Shown here one piece after another: positions 12,636 to 25,859 of a stretch of DNA of 64,000 bases. Origin of the DNA: Camelus ferus (taxonomy: Eukaryota). Position 1 is the stretch's first letter. Every line of letters starts with the position of its first letter. The DNA lies in assembly GCF_009834535.1 (NCBI RefSeq), contig NC_045697.1, positions 14,634,001-14,698,000 of the forward strand, read 5' to 3'. Under the pieces are notes generated by a model. It saw nothing but the letters and a program-made list of their open reading frames with translations, was not told the origin of the DNA and searched no databases. Made by a program: the position numbers and the translations under genes.

Positions 12636-15137
12636 ATAATGTTTTTACAAATAGTCATTGAAATATCCCATATTAAGTGCTTAATAGTCCTTGGTACAAA
12701 GTAAATGATCAGTAAATCCTAACTGTTGCCATTAGTTTTTTAATCCAACCTAAGTAGCAGAATGTGTACTTTCCAAAACAAAGTTATGTTACCACAGGCT
12801 TGAAATAAACTCTGCAGGTACCTGGAGAAAGTTGTTTTTAGAGCACAGCCTTAGCTCTGACACTAACTGTGTAATTTAAAATAATGCCTTAAATTTTCCG
12901 AGCCTTGAAAATGTTTCCAGATGCTTGCCTTGCCCCAAGGTCCCAACATATCTCTGGGTTTTAATTTTATTTACAACTGTTTAATGGCCTATGGTACAAA
13001 GTGTTTTGTTTTCTGACTTTCTGTTCCCCACCTAATGACTTGCCTGAAGAACAAATAACCACTGGAGGAATCTAGTAATCTTTTGGGAAAATTAGCAAAG
13101 GATACTTTTTAGAAGGAACAACGGAAGCAGCAAAATACACAGACTCAAGCGTGCAACCTTCTTCCAAGCATCGCCGCACTGAAATGTGTGATTACGCCAG
13201 TCACAGGGAGTAGGCCAACGAGGGGCCTAATTAGATTAGCTAGAAGCCTAGTGTGCTGAATCTTGAGGAAACTGTCCAACCGCTAGAGCTGGGTTCTAAC
13301 CAGGAAGTTCCAGATGGTTTCTCTCCTCTCCTCCATTTCTTCCTTTGAGAGCATCTTGGAAACCTAAGTTGATTACAATTCTCCTGGGACGCAGTTCAGT
13401 GACCTATACATTTAAGAGACATGATAGGCAGTCATCTTCCAATCCAAGCCAACTTGTCAAGTTCAGTACCATTGCTGCAGGTTTCCAGCAAGGTAGAGAA
13501 TGCAGGCTTCAGTCAGACTCCTGAGTTTCAGGCCAGACTACTGATTTGGCAAAATTTGCCTTCAGAGGCCACTATTCCTTCTCCTTGAGAACCTTCTCTG
13601 AGACCTCTCCTGACTTCACACCGTTGATCTACACAACCTCAGGTATGTCTGTATTATGCTTAGATCCTGTGAACGTCTAGCCCTTTCTCAAGACTGACGT
13701 CTGTGTTCCATTCCATTGAACATCCTACTAAACTAACAAATACATCACGTTAACATCTACTTTTTCTATCCTATCCTTATGGTGAAATGTTTTAGCAATA
13801 AGGATCAAGGTGGAACAAGATAAAGGAGTAACTCTCATGGTTAATTTTCAAGGGCAGAAAGACCTCAGAGCCCCTTTGAAATTCTGGTACCTGTCTGCTC
13901 ACTGGTGCCCTAGAAGAGTCGCCCATCTCACTGCAAATCGCTGTAACTTCATGGAGAAAAAGTAACCCTTTCAGCCAAAAGAGAGCAGCAGTGAGTGGCA
14001 TTTCCAGAGATGGTAAATAGTCTAAGCACTTAATGCCTGTAAGAGGCATCTCTCAATTCTCAATAGGTGAGTCTTCAAGTTTTCTAATCAGGGAAGTCAG
14101 GAGGAATTCTTTATCTTCCCTCTTCCATTTTTTCCTTTTTTCATTTCTTTTTTATGTAATCCTTTACAAATTTGAAGATACCATACCTTTAGGGGAAAAA
14201 AAGAGGTTTCTTTTAATTCTGCACTTTATCAAATTGGCAAACTATTTTAGCTTCTTATAGTTTTATTGTAAAGTATTTTTAAAGAAATATCCTGGATCTG
14301 CCTCTGGGTAACTTAAAGCAATGCTTTACCTTGTCAGACCCTCTGTTCTTCATCTGGTCAATAGGGCTAACAATTCTTAACTCAGCACTAACCACTGTGT
14401 CTGTGCATAAGAACTTGATAAAGGATAATTATGATTAGGCTACTGACATAGTAATGGAAAAAGCAGTGGAGAACTTAGTAACAGGAAAAATTTCCATAGT
14501 AATGGAAAACTTTGGATGTTGGTATGAACATGTTTAGAAATATTGCTTCTTGAAAAATGTATTTTCCCCAAATGAGTTCTTTTTCCTATGCCTTATCTTT
14601 TTGTTTTGGTTTGGTTTTGAATCCTGAAGCATCAGTTTTGAATTTAAAAGAAACTTTTGATGACAACATTTCCCAACACATCCTTTGCACCCCAGGCTGG
14701 AGTCAAAGTGAATGTGCCCAGCCATTCCTGTTGCTATGCCTTTCCTGGTGCCGTTTCTGCCACCTGGAATCCTCTTCCCTTTTCCAGTTTCCTCTCACTC
14801 CTGCCTTCTTTGGATCCCATTCAAACTGTTTAAATATTATTGTTTCCTCAAAACCCAGTTCAAATGCTCTATTTTCCACTTGATTCTTCCATCTTATTTT
14901 TTTTCTTATTATACTTACATCTTGCCTTGGATGACAAAATTATTATTTCTGTATTTCTTCAGGCACACATATGTTTTTCATGCTGTGGTTTTCTGTTGAG
15001 AAATTCTGTCCTCATTTTTATTCCCCCTAGGAATCACTTACTGATCCTAAAATCTCAAATTCTGAAGTCTTTCCCAATACCTCCCTGGGCAGAGGCAAAG
15101 CACTTCTCTTTTGTTCTCTCACAATTGGTTTGCACCC

Positions 15138-15372
15138 TGTGGTAGGTAGAATAACTGCCTCCTAGAGACATCCAAGTCCTCATCTCCAGACGTGGGAATA
15201 TGTTACCTAACACAGCAACGGGGACTTTGCACATGTAGTTAAGTTGAGAATCTTGAATTGGGAGATGATGCTGGATCGTGCGGGTGGGCTCACTGCATTC
15301 ATAAGGGTCACAAGTGTTAGAGGGAGGCAGGAAGGTGAGTGTCAGAGTGACGCAGCATGAGAAAGACTTGAC
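15138..15372 (+). mobile_element. MLT1D-like LTR, 5' half
   Basis: Starts tgtggtaggtagaataactgcctcc; gaatatgttacc...gggactttgcacatgtagttaagttgagaatcttga. Confidence 0.85.
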
Positions 15373-17082
15373 ACACACCCACTTGTCCAGTCTTCTTTCT
15401 GACCTTTCTCCCAGCAATATCCACTCATCTAGCCGAACTAGCATACCCCTGGCTCTCCTTCCTTTCTGCAAGAGGGCATTAACTCAAGTTAGTTTCCATG
15501 ACTGGAAAGTCCCTCTCCACACTCCATCACTTTCAAGGCCCTCAGCACCCCAGTTTCCTCCATGAAGCCTTTCCTACCTCCTCTCCAGCCCCACCGGCAT
15601 ATATTATTTGGAACAATCATTTGTTTGTTGCTTTTAATAACTGCATATTGCTATTCGTCTTTCTGGTCAAGTGTGGCATGTATGTAAACTAGTCTGTGAG
15701 TGTCTTAGGGACAAGGAGTCCGGTTTTTGCCCCTTTTCCATAGCAAGGAGTATAATAATTATTCTTATCATATCGTAGATACTCAATAACTAGATGTTAG
15801 ATTTCATTGAATGGTGGTATTTACATAATTTTTATTGTCTTAGTTGAGGAAAATTATCAGCGATGATTTGAAGGAAAATATGTATAAGGAGAATTTTTGC
15901 CTCTTCGTTGTAGGATACAAACTCCCTGTTTTTATATAGTATTTGTGTTGTCTACTGTGTTGGCTCAGTGTTTGAATATATACGTATCATAGAAGAATCA
16001 GGTAGTGAAAATGTAGGAAAAGCATGCCCCATCTTTTAATGGCATGCACACTTTATTCTGTGAAGGCATTTCAATGGAAAGTAAGTGATTTTAATAAATC
16101 TGGATTGATTTGACAAGAACATTTTATTTTAGGGCATTAAAAAATATAAATGGTATAAAACGAGCTGGTATGTCAGTCTGTATAGGGTGTTTCAGGACAA
16201 GAGAACAACAGAAGGAAAATAAAGGGCTGCCAAGGGCTGAGGGATACTAGAATACACTTTGATAGGAGAAAAGGGTCTGCTGGAGACAACGGGCTTCTGT
16301 ACTTCTGTATTTGCTCAGGGAATAGTTCGGTCTTAAGTGAAAAGAAGTTTGGGCACATGAGAGTTAAGAGAGGGATGATGAATTGACTGGCTTTGGGAAT
16401 AATTAGCAATGAGCATTGTAAAAATGGGAGAGGTTAGTTACCTATAGAAGTTCTAGGACTTTTATATTCCTGGCTTATGGTAGGTGTTCGGCTTTAGCCA
16501 CCTCATTTTGGAGATTAGGTAGGAAGATTAGATTAGGAAGATTACCTCTAAGCATCTCTGACTTGCTGCCTCAAAAATGCAACTTCGCACCAGTGTTCCT
16601 AGGGCCCTGCTGGCTCCTGGAAGTTCTGCTGTAGGAAAGGAGGAAAGATCTGAGGTCAGAGGTGCTGGGTCTCTTGTCCACCTCCCAGCCTTGCTGTGTT
16701 GCCAGCATCCTACTCCTTTGTCAAGCTTTCTGAGCAGCTGCCGACATAAATGCGATGTGCAGACACCTGGGAAATGTGTCACAGCTATTTCGAAAGTGAC
16801 AATAACTCTAACACCATGTGATAATTTGAGGATTAAGGGATTAAACTGTGAAAATTATGGATGACATCTAAAAGTATATTGAAAATTGGTGCTATACATG
16901 GAGACGAAAACTATGAGTGAGAAGGTAACATCTGTTTTACTATATTCTTACTATGTTTTGTTCATATCTACCTAAAACATGCAAGAGTGGATTCTGAAAA
17001 TTAAACCATAGAGAGCAATTTCTTTATACTTGTATGTAAGAAAAAAATTATGAACTACATTGAAATGGACCAAAAGTATTAC

Positions 17083-17680
17083 TGGGTAGTGGGCAGAATC
17101 CTAAAGATTATTCTCCCCAGATTCTGGTTTCCTGGTTATTCAATCAAACACTAACTTAGGGATTGCTATGTAGAGATTTTGCAGGTGTAATTAAAGTCCA
17201 AAATCCACTGACCTTAAAACATGGAGATTATCCATATGGGCCTAATCTAATCACACAATTCCTTAGAAGCATAAAACTTTCTCCAGTTGGTGGCACAAGA
17301 AGGAGGCAGAAAGATTCTACGCAGAGAAGAACTCAAAGGCCCATTGCTGGTTTGAAGATGGAGAGGACCACGTGAGGACTGGTGGGATGTAGGAGCAGAG
17401 ATTGGCCCTTGGCCAACAGCCAGCAAGAATACAGGACCTCAGTCCTACAATCAATGGAACTGAATTCTGCCAGTGATTTGAATGAGCTTGGAAGGACATT
17501 GTTCTTTAGAGCTTCCAGATAAGAGCCTAGCCTAGGTTGAATTTTCTTTGTAAAACCCTAAGCAGGGAAACTGGTTGAGCCATGCTGGACTTCGGACTGT
17601 TAGAACTATGAGCTATAAATGGCTATGTTTTAAGCCACAAAGTTCATGGTAATTTGTTACATGGTAATAGAAAACTAATA
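17083..17680 (+). mobile_element. MLT1E-like LTR, near full length
   Basis: tagtgggcagaatcctaaagat...ggttattcaatcaaacactaac...ttttaagccacaaagttcatggtaatttgttacatggtaatagaaaactaatata. Confidence 0.85.
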
Positions 17681-20189
17681 TACTACATGTTTATCTTCTG
17701 GGTTTTTTTTTTAATTCCATAGAGTGCCTGTGCCTTTCATTTTCCTTGAACTATCACACAGCTCTGTAAATCATAGATTACGTGATTCTAATTCAGATGA
17801 TTTTCTGTCTATAGGCATCTGAATGAATTGTATTCATCAGAAACGTAATCTCCCTCTACCGTCATAGAATAAGCCAGTGTTGCATCTGTTTGTAAATTTA
17901 CTACAGCATTCTATATCTGTCCATATATGTGTGCTACTTAACATTCTCTTTTGATCCAGTTGTAACATCCTGCTGGTTTTCTTATTCATTAATTAGTTAC
18001 ATAACATACTTGACATGTGTTCATTTTATATCTGTATAAAAGTCATGTTTTTACCCTCTTTCAAACAGTATCATTTAACAGAGATCCATTCAGAGATACC
18101 CCATATTTACAGGGCAGGGACAAACATCTATTCATCTCATAATGTAGATCAAGAAGAGAGCTAAATGTCATGCTTAAATTCACATCTATTCCTCACACCC
18201 AACCCCTGATCCTGGTAAAAGGCATTCTCAATTAAAATAAGGAAACGGAGACTCAGACATATCACAAAACTCATTGAAGGGCACAAAGTTTGGCGATCTT
18301 GAAGCTGAGATTTTAACCTAATGTAACTTCAGGCTCCTCTTTTCCCATTCTCAGTTTTCCAGTGTCAACCAGTGTTCATCTCCTTTCACCTGATCCAATA
18401 CCTCCTCCCTATTTCTCTAGTCCATTCTTAATGACAGCATTTTCTTAATCACTCGAGCTTCACAACATAGAACAGTCTTGTCCTTTCATTTCCCTTTCTC
18501 CCATATCCAGTGGTTATCAAATGCTGTGAATTCAACAACTACCGTCTCTTCTGTAGCCATCTCCTCTTTCTGTGTCTGCTCCCAATCATCTGCCTTCTCT
18601 CTCACACTAACAGCAGCCCAAACAGGGCCAGACCCACACAATGCGTGCCTGACACTTCCACTATTTGGATGGCCATCTTTAGGGAAAAATCAGCACTGTG
18701 TTATAAATGCAAAGCTGGATATTTCTTTAGAATGAGAAAAGGAATTGTAACAGACTAACAGAGTCTCAGAGCTTCGTGTCCTTTTACTTTGAGATCACTG
18801 ACAGCAATTTACCAGTGACGTTTACACACACAGGAATGATTCCTGATTATAACCTGGCCCCCTCCCCACTAAACTTCCCGTAACCGGAGAACTCACACGG
18901 AGCTGTGCAAATGAGGGTCCCTAAAATGTATACTACCATCCAGCCCACCGTCAATCCTTCCCCATCTTTAGTAAAGGAAATAAGCTATGCATTGAGAGGC
19001 CCAGAGAATTACTTGGTTCTTCATGGAGGTGGGGAGAGGTTACAAACCCAGGAGATTTTTAAATACTCAGATTTGTGAACTGTAGCCCAATCTTCTAAAT
19101 AAAACTTCAGGGCATTTGTGGTTTTAAAAAGCTCTGCAGGTGAAAAGGATGCAGCGGGCCTGTGAATTAAGAGCTTGAAAACTACTGCCTTAGCTCCAGT
19201 ACCCCAAAAGGGACCTGATCCGACGCCCCCCAGGGTTAAACTCCCAAAGGGCAGTGGAGTCCTCCAGTGCTTCCTGGGCACTGGGGTCTGCATGGCAGGG
19301 AGTGCAGAAGCCATAAAAAATGCAGGTGAAAAGGGCTCTGATTAAAATCCGAAACTGAAGCAACTGCTTTTCTCTCTCTGAAGTGACTTCATTGACCCCA
19401 ATTCAAGTAAAGCAGCGAGCCTGATGAGGCCCATCACAGCACAGAAATCGGCCTGGTGCTCTCAGAGGAGACGAGCAACAAGTCTCAAGTATAGGAGGAG
19501 TCAGGCAGGATCTGGAAAAGGTGTTTCCAACAGCCACACCCAACTGAAGGTTTTCTCGGGCCCTTAGCTAGATGGGATTGGGCATAAACATCAGGACCAC
19601 ACTGAGAATACGACCAAATATTATTTGCAATTTACTGCTAGTATCATTACACTTAAATTATACTGTTTAATTCAGTAAATGCGATCCATCTGGAAGTGTG
19701 AATTCTGTCATTCTCAGTTATACACTGGCTTTCTAAAATCCATTATCAAAGGGATTGTTTCAGGTACATGGAGAGAGAAAATTCCTTAAAGGTGGGACAC
19801 TGAAATGAAGATCAGGAATCTGTCGTCGAGAGAGGGGCTGTCCGTTACCAGCATTGTACTTATGTTCCCACCACACATGCCCACCCCAAATGAAATGCAG
19901 GTTAGAGTCCTCTGTATTTCTACAACGACAAGAATAAATCTCCCTGCCACTTTATGTCACAGTCACACAGTCCCCAAATGACTACCCACAGGTAGAATCC
20001 CAAGCAAATTTATTACCAGAGGTATATGTTTACACATGGCAAGTCTCTGAGAAGAAAATATTGTCAGTGAAAAGAATGTTTTCCCTTCCAAAAACTAATA
20101 CAGGATTTTAAAATAGAGCAGAATAAAGACAAAGGTATTGAATATATGCAAAACAAACCAGGCAGTGGTTTAATATGAAGCACGATGGA

Positions 20190-20700
20190 TATTGTCATAA
20201 AGAAACACTTTTTGCTCATTTGCTCTATCAGAACACGTTCCGCTGTTTCTCGCGGTTCCTGGGCGGTGCGTCTCTGTCTGCCCGCCCTGCTCTCTGTCTC
20301 CGGAGGTGGACAGACGTGCTGAAGGCTCTCACATCCTCTAGCTTCTGGTCAGCCCGCGGGGTGCCCTGGCCTGAGGTGACAGGGAGGAGGAGAGGGAGAC
20401 GGGGTGCTTAGGCTCCTTCCCTGAAGCCCGGCTGCAGTTGGGTGTACTTCGTGACTAGAGGTCACTGTGCCATCTGCTGGCCCTCCGTGCACACCCCCAC
20501 CTCAACACCCGCCAGCTTCCGGCAGCCGCTGCTCCTTCATTGCCCCACGTCTCAAGTTTCCCCACTTGGTTCTGCTGTCACAAGCCTGAGAGACTAAACT
20601 ATTTCTTACTAAACTATTACTTCCCTGCACCCTTTGTAAGTGGTTCAGCTCCTCTCAAATTACCCAGTGCCTGTGTCCCATCCCTTCCTGACTTGGTTGA
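20190..20700 (+). mobile_element. Probable old ERVL-class LTR, unusually CpG-rich
   Basis: 3' end ctctcaaattacccagtgcctgtgtcccatcccttcctgac resembles ERVL LTR termini; subfamily uncertain. Confidence 0.45.
20465..20483 (-). promoter_or_regulatory. CTCF-binding motif
   Basis: Reverse complement GGGCCAGCAGATGGCACAG fits the CCASYAGRKGGCRS core fully. Confidence 0.65.
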
Positions 20701-22379
20701 TTGATGTATTTACTCCCTGACAGATACACTTACTGAATGTTACTACCACTGGGAAGCCTTTTGCTCATGAACTGCCTGAAAGTTGTTTAGCTACTAACGT
20801 AACATTTATCTTCTAAGTTTGTTAAAGATGTACTTATTCCTAATTTGCTTCAAAAATAGATATATGGAAGGAATTTTTTTGAGGTCATAGATTAGACGAT
20901 CAAAAAAAAGGGAAAATCAAGTAATATTTCTATGAATTTTGGCACTTTAAGTAAGTTTTATGCCTATACCAATTATTGGCAACTTTTTCTTCCAAATCAT
21001 AGACTAAATCATTAATTTCTTCATAGGATAAAAGTTGGGAACCTGCTGCCTAATGCCTTAACTTTTGATGTAATACCTTTTGCTCAGTATCTTAAATCCA
21101 AGAAAGTCTTCATATTTGTTGTGTTGTTTTGCCCTTAGGCTAAGAAACCATGTGCCCTTAAACACTGTTATTATAAAAGGAAAATCTATCCTAAAACAGC
21201 TTTCAAAGAGTGAAAATAGAGCATGCGTCCATCAACAATTGCCAAGATACTGGACAAGAAGGTGAGCAGTGGAGCTAATAATCTAGAATCATGGACTTTT
21301 GAGGTCACCAAAACCACATTTGGACGATTAATGTCATACTTTTCACCCACCTGTATAACATGCATGCATTCAGTGATGCTAACTGTATTTTATTTAATAT
21401 CAAGGCATGCTTATACCATTCCTCTATATAGTACTTTTACCAAATGTTACTTATTTACTAATTTTTAACATATTTAAATATAGACAGTAAACTTCTGCTG
21501 TCAAGATGCACTGTTCATTGGTTTTTCTTTTTTCAGTGAAAAGTCTTGTTCCTAAAAGAGAACTGGACAAAATTCAAAATGTAATACTCAAAAAAAAAAA
21601 AAAGTAGCTGAAATAAACAACATTAAGAAAGGCCAAGTAAAATGACAAATCACAGCAAGTAACAGACAATTTCTCCCTACTGAGAAAGACAGCACAATTC
21701 AATTTGCTCAATTATTTTATTTATCTCTGAGCAGTAATATGAATGATCTATCTGTTTTGATGAACACTCAAACTTTGCTGAATGGAAAATTGCACTGCTT
21801 CTAGTATGTCAAATTTGGATATAATAAAAGAAGATGCGAATTAAATTGGCTTTGAGTATGCTGCATTAAAAGATGAATTGTTAGTTTAGAAATCTTTCCA
21901 GTAGTTTTATTTGAACCAAAATACTTTACTTAAGAGGAATTACATAAGTGTGCAAACTAAAATGGTAATTGATTACGTCTCAGTCCCTACATCTGAAATG
22001 TTCTTGAAATTCTAAACGCAGTAAAAGGCTAAGGAGATTATACAAAGAGAAAGATCCAGTTGTTATTTTTAAAAAGAGAAAGATCCAGTTTGATCAAAGA
22101 CACTGCCAGTGAATTACAAAGGGTTTTATAGTTTCAGACTAAACAATTTACCAAAATTCTGAATTTGTCTCCTTCTTCATGCATTTATGCATTTTACTAT
22201 TTATTGAAATACACTTTCGTGCAAAGTTTTTTCAAAGAAGCGAGTATTAGATATTGAAACCTCCCTGTCTTTAAAGAAGAGAAAAATGTTCAGAGTATTC
22301 CATCTGGTAACTGGAATTACCATGTATTTGACCATTCTCTAAGCGGCTGTTTCAGAAATACAGCTCTACCTTATTCTTG

Positions 22380-22560
22380 AGGAGCCTTGGAAGTGAATTC
22401 TAAGTTGAGACCTGAAAAATGAGAAGGAATGCTCTAGGTGAACAAAGTCACAAATGAAGGGGTCTCCAAGGAGAGGTAGCAACATCTTCAAAAGACTAGA
22501 GATAGGAGGGCCCTGGACCATTCCAGAAACCTCAAGAAGTTGGGTTTGGCAGGAATAGAA
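22380..22560 (-). mobile_element. L2 fragment
   Basis: taagttgagacctgaaaaatgagaagg...tccaaggagaggtagcaacatcttcaaaagactagagatagga. Confidence 0.6.
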
Positions 22561-23128
22561 ATGTAAAAGAAGTTTTGAAAGAAGACACTGTTTACATAAA
22601 GAAGGAATCCAAGTTCCACATCTGTTGTGCTATCAGAGAAGAGACAGACTGACAGAACTGCCTGCTAGAATCAATATGTGGAGTAAGCAGTATTTCAGTG
22701 GAGGGAGAATGCTGGAGCACGAGCTGACTCTGGGACCCACAGAAACCTTGCAGGAGGCATGAGACTTTCCATGCAGCAGAGGTGGAGCGAACCTTGTACA
22801 TTTCAAGTAGGATCGAGTTCCAGCCGATGCTCAGAACTCACGGAAGTTTGGGATTTATTTAAGTGGCATGGTGCTTGAGTTCATTTGTGCTCTGCACACA
22901 ATGAGAAATTGGGCTTGTGGGGAGGAATGACTGAAAGAAGGGAGGCCAGTTAGGGAAGCATCTATACTGGGTCACTCACAAAGCCACTCCTGACTTTTGA
23001 TATTCTGGGAGGGCTCCCTGACTGTGATCTCAACTAGTCTGGTTCCAACATGGGGACTCAGATCAGATATTTAGACCTTGGTAGAAGAACCACCCCTTGT
23101 CTTGGAGGACTGTGCAATACAGTTGTAT

Positions 23129-23131
<3 letters not shown>

Positions 23132-23163
<32 letters not shown>
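23132..23163. repeat. (TG)16 microsatellite
   Basis: Uninterrupted TG run. Confidence 0.97.
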
Positions 23164-23164
<1 letters not shown>

Positions 23165-23916
23165 ATTTGTGCATTGGAGAGGGAATAATTATAGAGCAAG
23201 AAATAACAACATGATTTAACTGGTTATTCTGCTAAGATAATTTGTGAGTATAAAATAGTGTGTGTTTACTCATTCAATCATAAAATTGTTGAGAGTTCAG
23301 TTGAATCATATCAGAAATTTATAAGCCCCATATTATGTAATTCTGCCCTGGTAGAAAATTAGACCTGAATCCAGAGACTATCAGTCTTAATAAGCAGTTA
23401 ATGAAGGAGCTTGAAATAAAGGAAATCTGTTGAATTGGGGCTTTGAAAAGACAAGCCCTGAGCTAGCCATTACGTCTTGTTAATTGACACAGAAGCTAAT
23501 GAGTTTAAAATTTATATCCGTATTACTGTAACATTTAAGTCACATCTCTACTCTCATTCTGTATCTTGTCATCATAGAGTCACGTTTTTATCCAACAATG
23601 TACTTGCTAAAAAGGACAGAGAGCCTTTTTGCAATATGGAAAAGTCTCTTTTTTAATAGTTGCAAGGACTGTAGGCTATAAACTTGAGACCCGTAATGTG
23701 TGTTAAAGGTCCTTTGTTAGAAAAACTGCAATAGAAACCTTTGCTCTGTAAAGACTTACCTACAGGTTGTCATAGGAGATTGATTTTAACTATGAATCCT
23801 AGTGACACTGACATCATTGATCAAATTCTAAGTAACTCAATTTGTATAAAAGAACTAGGAGGATTTTATTAAAATTATAGCTATAATTATTGACTTCACA
23901 TCTGGCCTTTAGCTCT

Positions 23917-24284
23917 CTCTTAGTCTACTCAGGCTGCCACAAGAAAATAACACAGACTGGGCAGGTTGAACAACAGAGACTTACTTTTCACAGTTCCGGA
24001 GGCTGGGAAGTCTGAGATCGGGGTGCCAGCATGGTTGGGTTCTGGTGAGGGCTCTCTTTCCGGCTTGCAGATGGCTGCCTTCTAGTGTCCTCACGTCATG
24101 GAGAGATAGCAAGTTCTCTCCTGTCTCTTTTTATAAGGGCTCAAATTCTATCATGAAGGCACCATCCTCATGACCTCAACTCAACCTAATTACCTCCAAA
24201 AGGCCCCACCTACAAATACCTTCACATTGGGGGTTAGAGCTTCAACTATAGAAATTTGGGAGGAACACAGTTCAGCCCACAGCA
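23917..24284 (-). mobile_element. MLT1A0-like LTR, full length
   Basis: cttagtctactcaggctgcc...cacagttccggaggctgggaagtctgagatc...acctaattacctccaaaaggcccc...acacagttcagcccacagca. Confidence 0.9.
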
Positions 24285-24499
24285 GTCCCTCTGTGTTCCA
24301 GTGACAGCCTTCCCTTCCCCTCCTGCCTATGAAAGGTCTGGGCTCCTATCTAAGGCCACCCACTGTGACTCTCAGGAGTTCTTCCTGCACAGGGACATCA
24401 CTCCAAGGATTCACTCCTTTCTCTTCTCCATCCTTAATTTTCCCTCTCGGCTGGATCAGTCTACATAATACTGTGAGTGCTCCTTTCTTTAAAGTAAAC

Positions 24500-25445
24500 A
24501 TGAAAATAAAATAAAATTTCAAGACTTTTTGACCATACATCTTCTTCAAGATCACTGCTTTATTTCTTTAGTCCCCATTACAGCAAATCACCCTAAGTAG
24601 TATGTTGACACTGACTGTCTCTAGCTCCTCTCCTTCTCTTCTCTCCTTTAAAAAATAACCCTGTGATTCAAAATTCAAACAATATAGGAAGTTCTGAATC
24701 TACAATCTGACCTTCCTTACCACCTGCATCGCCACCGCCTTGCCCCAGACACTAGGGACTCTCCTCAGCTCCTAACTGATCTCCCTGGTTCGGCTCAGCA
24801 CACTTGCTCTATATTCTCAACATAACAACCAGTGATTCTTCTGGAACATCAGCCTTGTCACATCCTTCTTCTGTGCAAAATCTTCCAGTGTCTTCCCTTG
24901 ACACTCAGACTATAATTCAAAGTCCTAATAATAGCTTACAGAGTTTCACATCAGCTGCTAATAATTTTTCACTTTCTTCTTCCCCACTTCTGCTCTAAAC
25001 ATGCTAGAAGTTTCCTTGATATTCCTCAAACATGTCCATCACGAGTCTGTTCAGAGCCTCACACTGGAAGTCTTCGCTGTCTTGAGGACTCCTCCTCCAG
25101 CTATCCACCTGGCTTCCTCCCTTCCTCCTCTGCCCCTTTGCTCATCTCACACCTCGTCCTTGAGGCCTTCCCTGAATACCTCTTTAAAATTGTTAATCCC
25201 CTACCCCCCCACCCAACCCCAGCCAATACTCCCTATCCTGTATTAGTTTATTCTGGTTTAGTTTTGGGATAACATTTCTCATCTCACACAATATATATTT
25301 TTATTATTTATATATTTATTGTTTCTCTTGTCCTACTAGGATGTAAGTTCCATGAGAGTGGGGGTTTTTGTCTGTTTTATTTCCTGTTGTATCCCCTGGT
25401 ACATTGCAAGTCTAGCAGTATGCGCTCAGTAATTATTTGTTATTG
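24500..25445 (+). mobile_element. L2a LINE 3' region
   Basis: cctcagctcctaactgatctccctg...ctctatattctcaaca...gaggccttccctga...ctaggatgtaagttccatgagagtggg...gctcagtaattatttg. Confidence 0.8.
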
Positions 25446-25859
25446 AAAAGGCATTCTCTTCCTTTTGCTATAGATGTTAAAGTAAAATAAGGTGACTCAG
25501 TGGATTTACTTTAAAACACAAATCTAAATCTCAGTTTTGTTTCCACAACAGTTGTAGGGCAATGGAGATACAAAGATGGATAAGACAAGGCCTTGTACTT
25601 AAAGGAGCTCAGAGTACAGTGGGTGTGTTCAGCAAGAGTGAATGCATACTTATACACCACAGAAATTCAAAGTAAGGTGGACCTCAATGTATATGCTAAA
25701 CAGTCATTAATGGCTGTGCTTTCAATTCATTTCAGAATTGTGATCAACCCATATGTTACAATTCACATTAATGGCACAAGCCTTGTGTGATTCTTTACTA
25801 CTATGACTCATTAATGTTGGAACAGCAACCTAGAGAGCTTAAATGAGTCATTATCAGAC

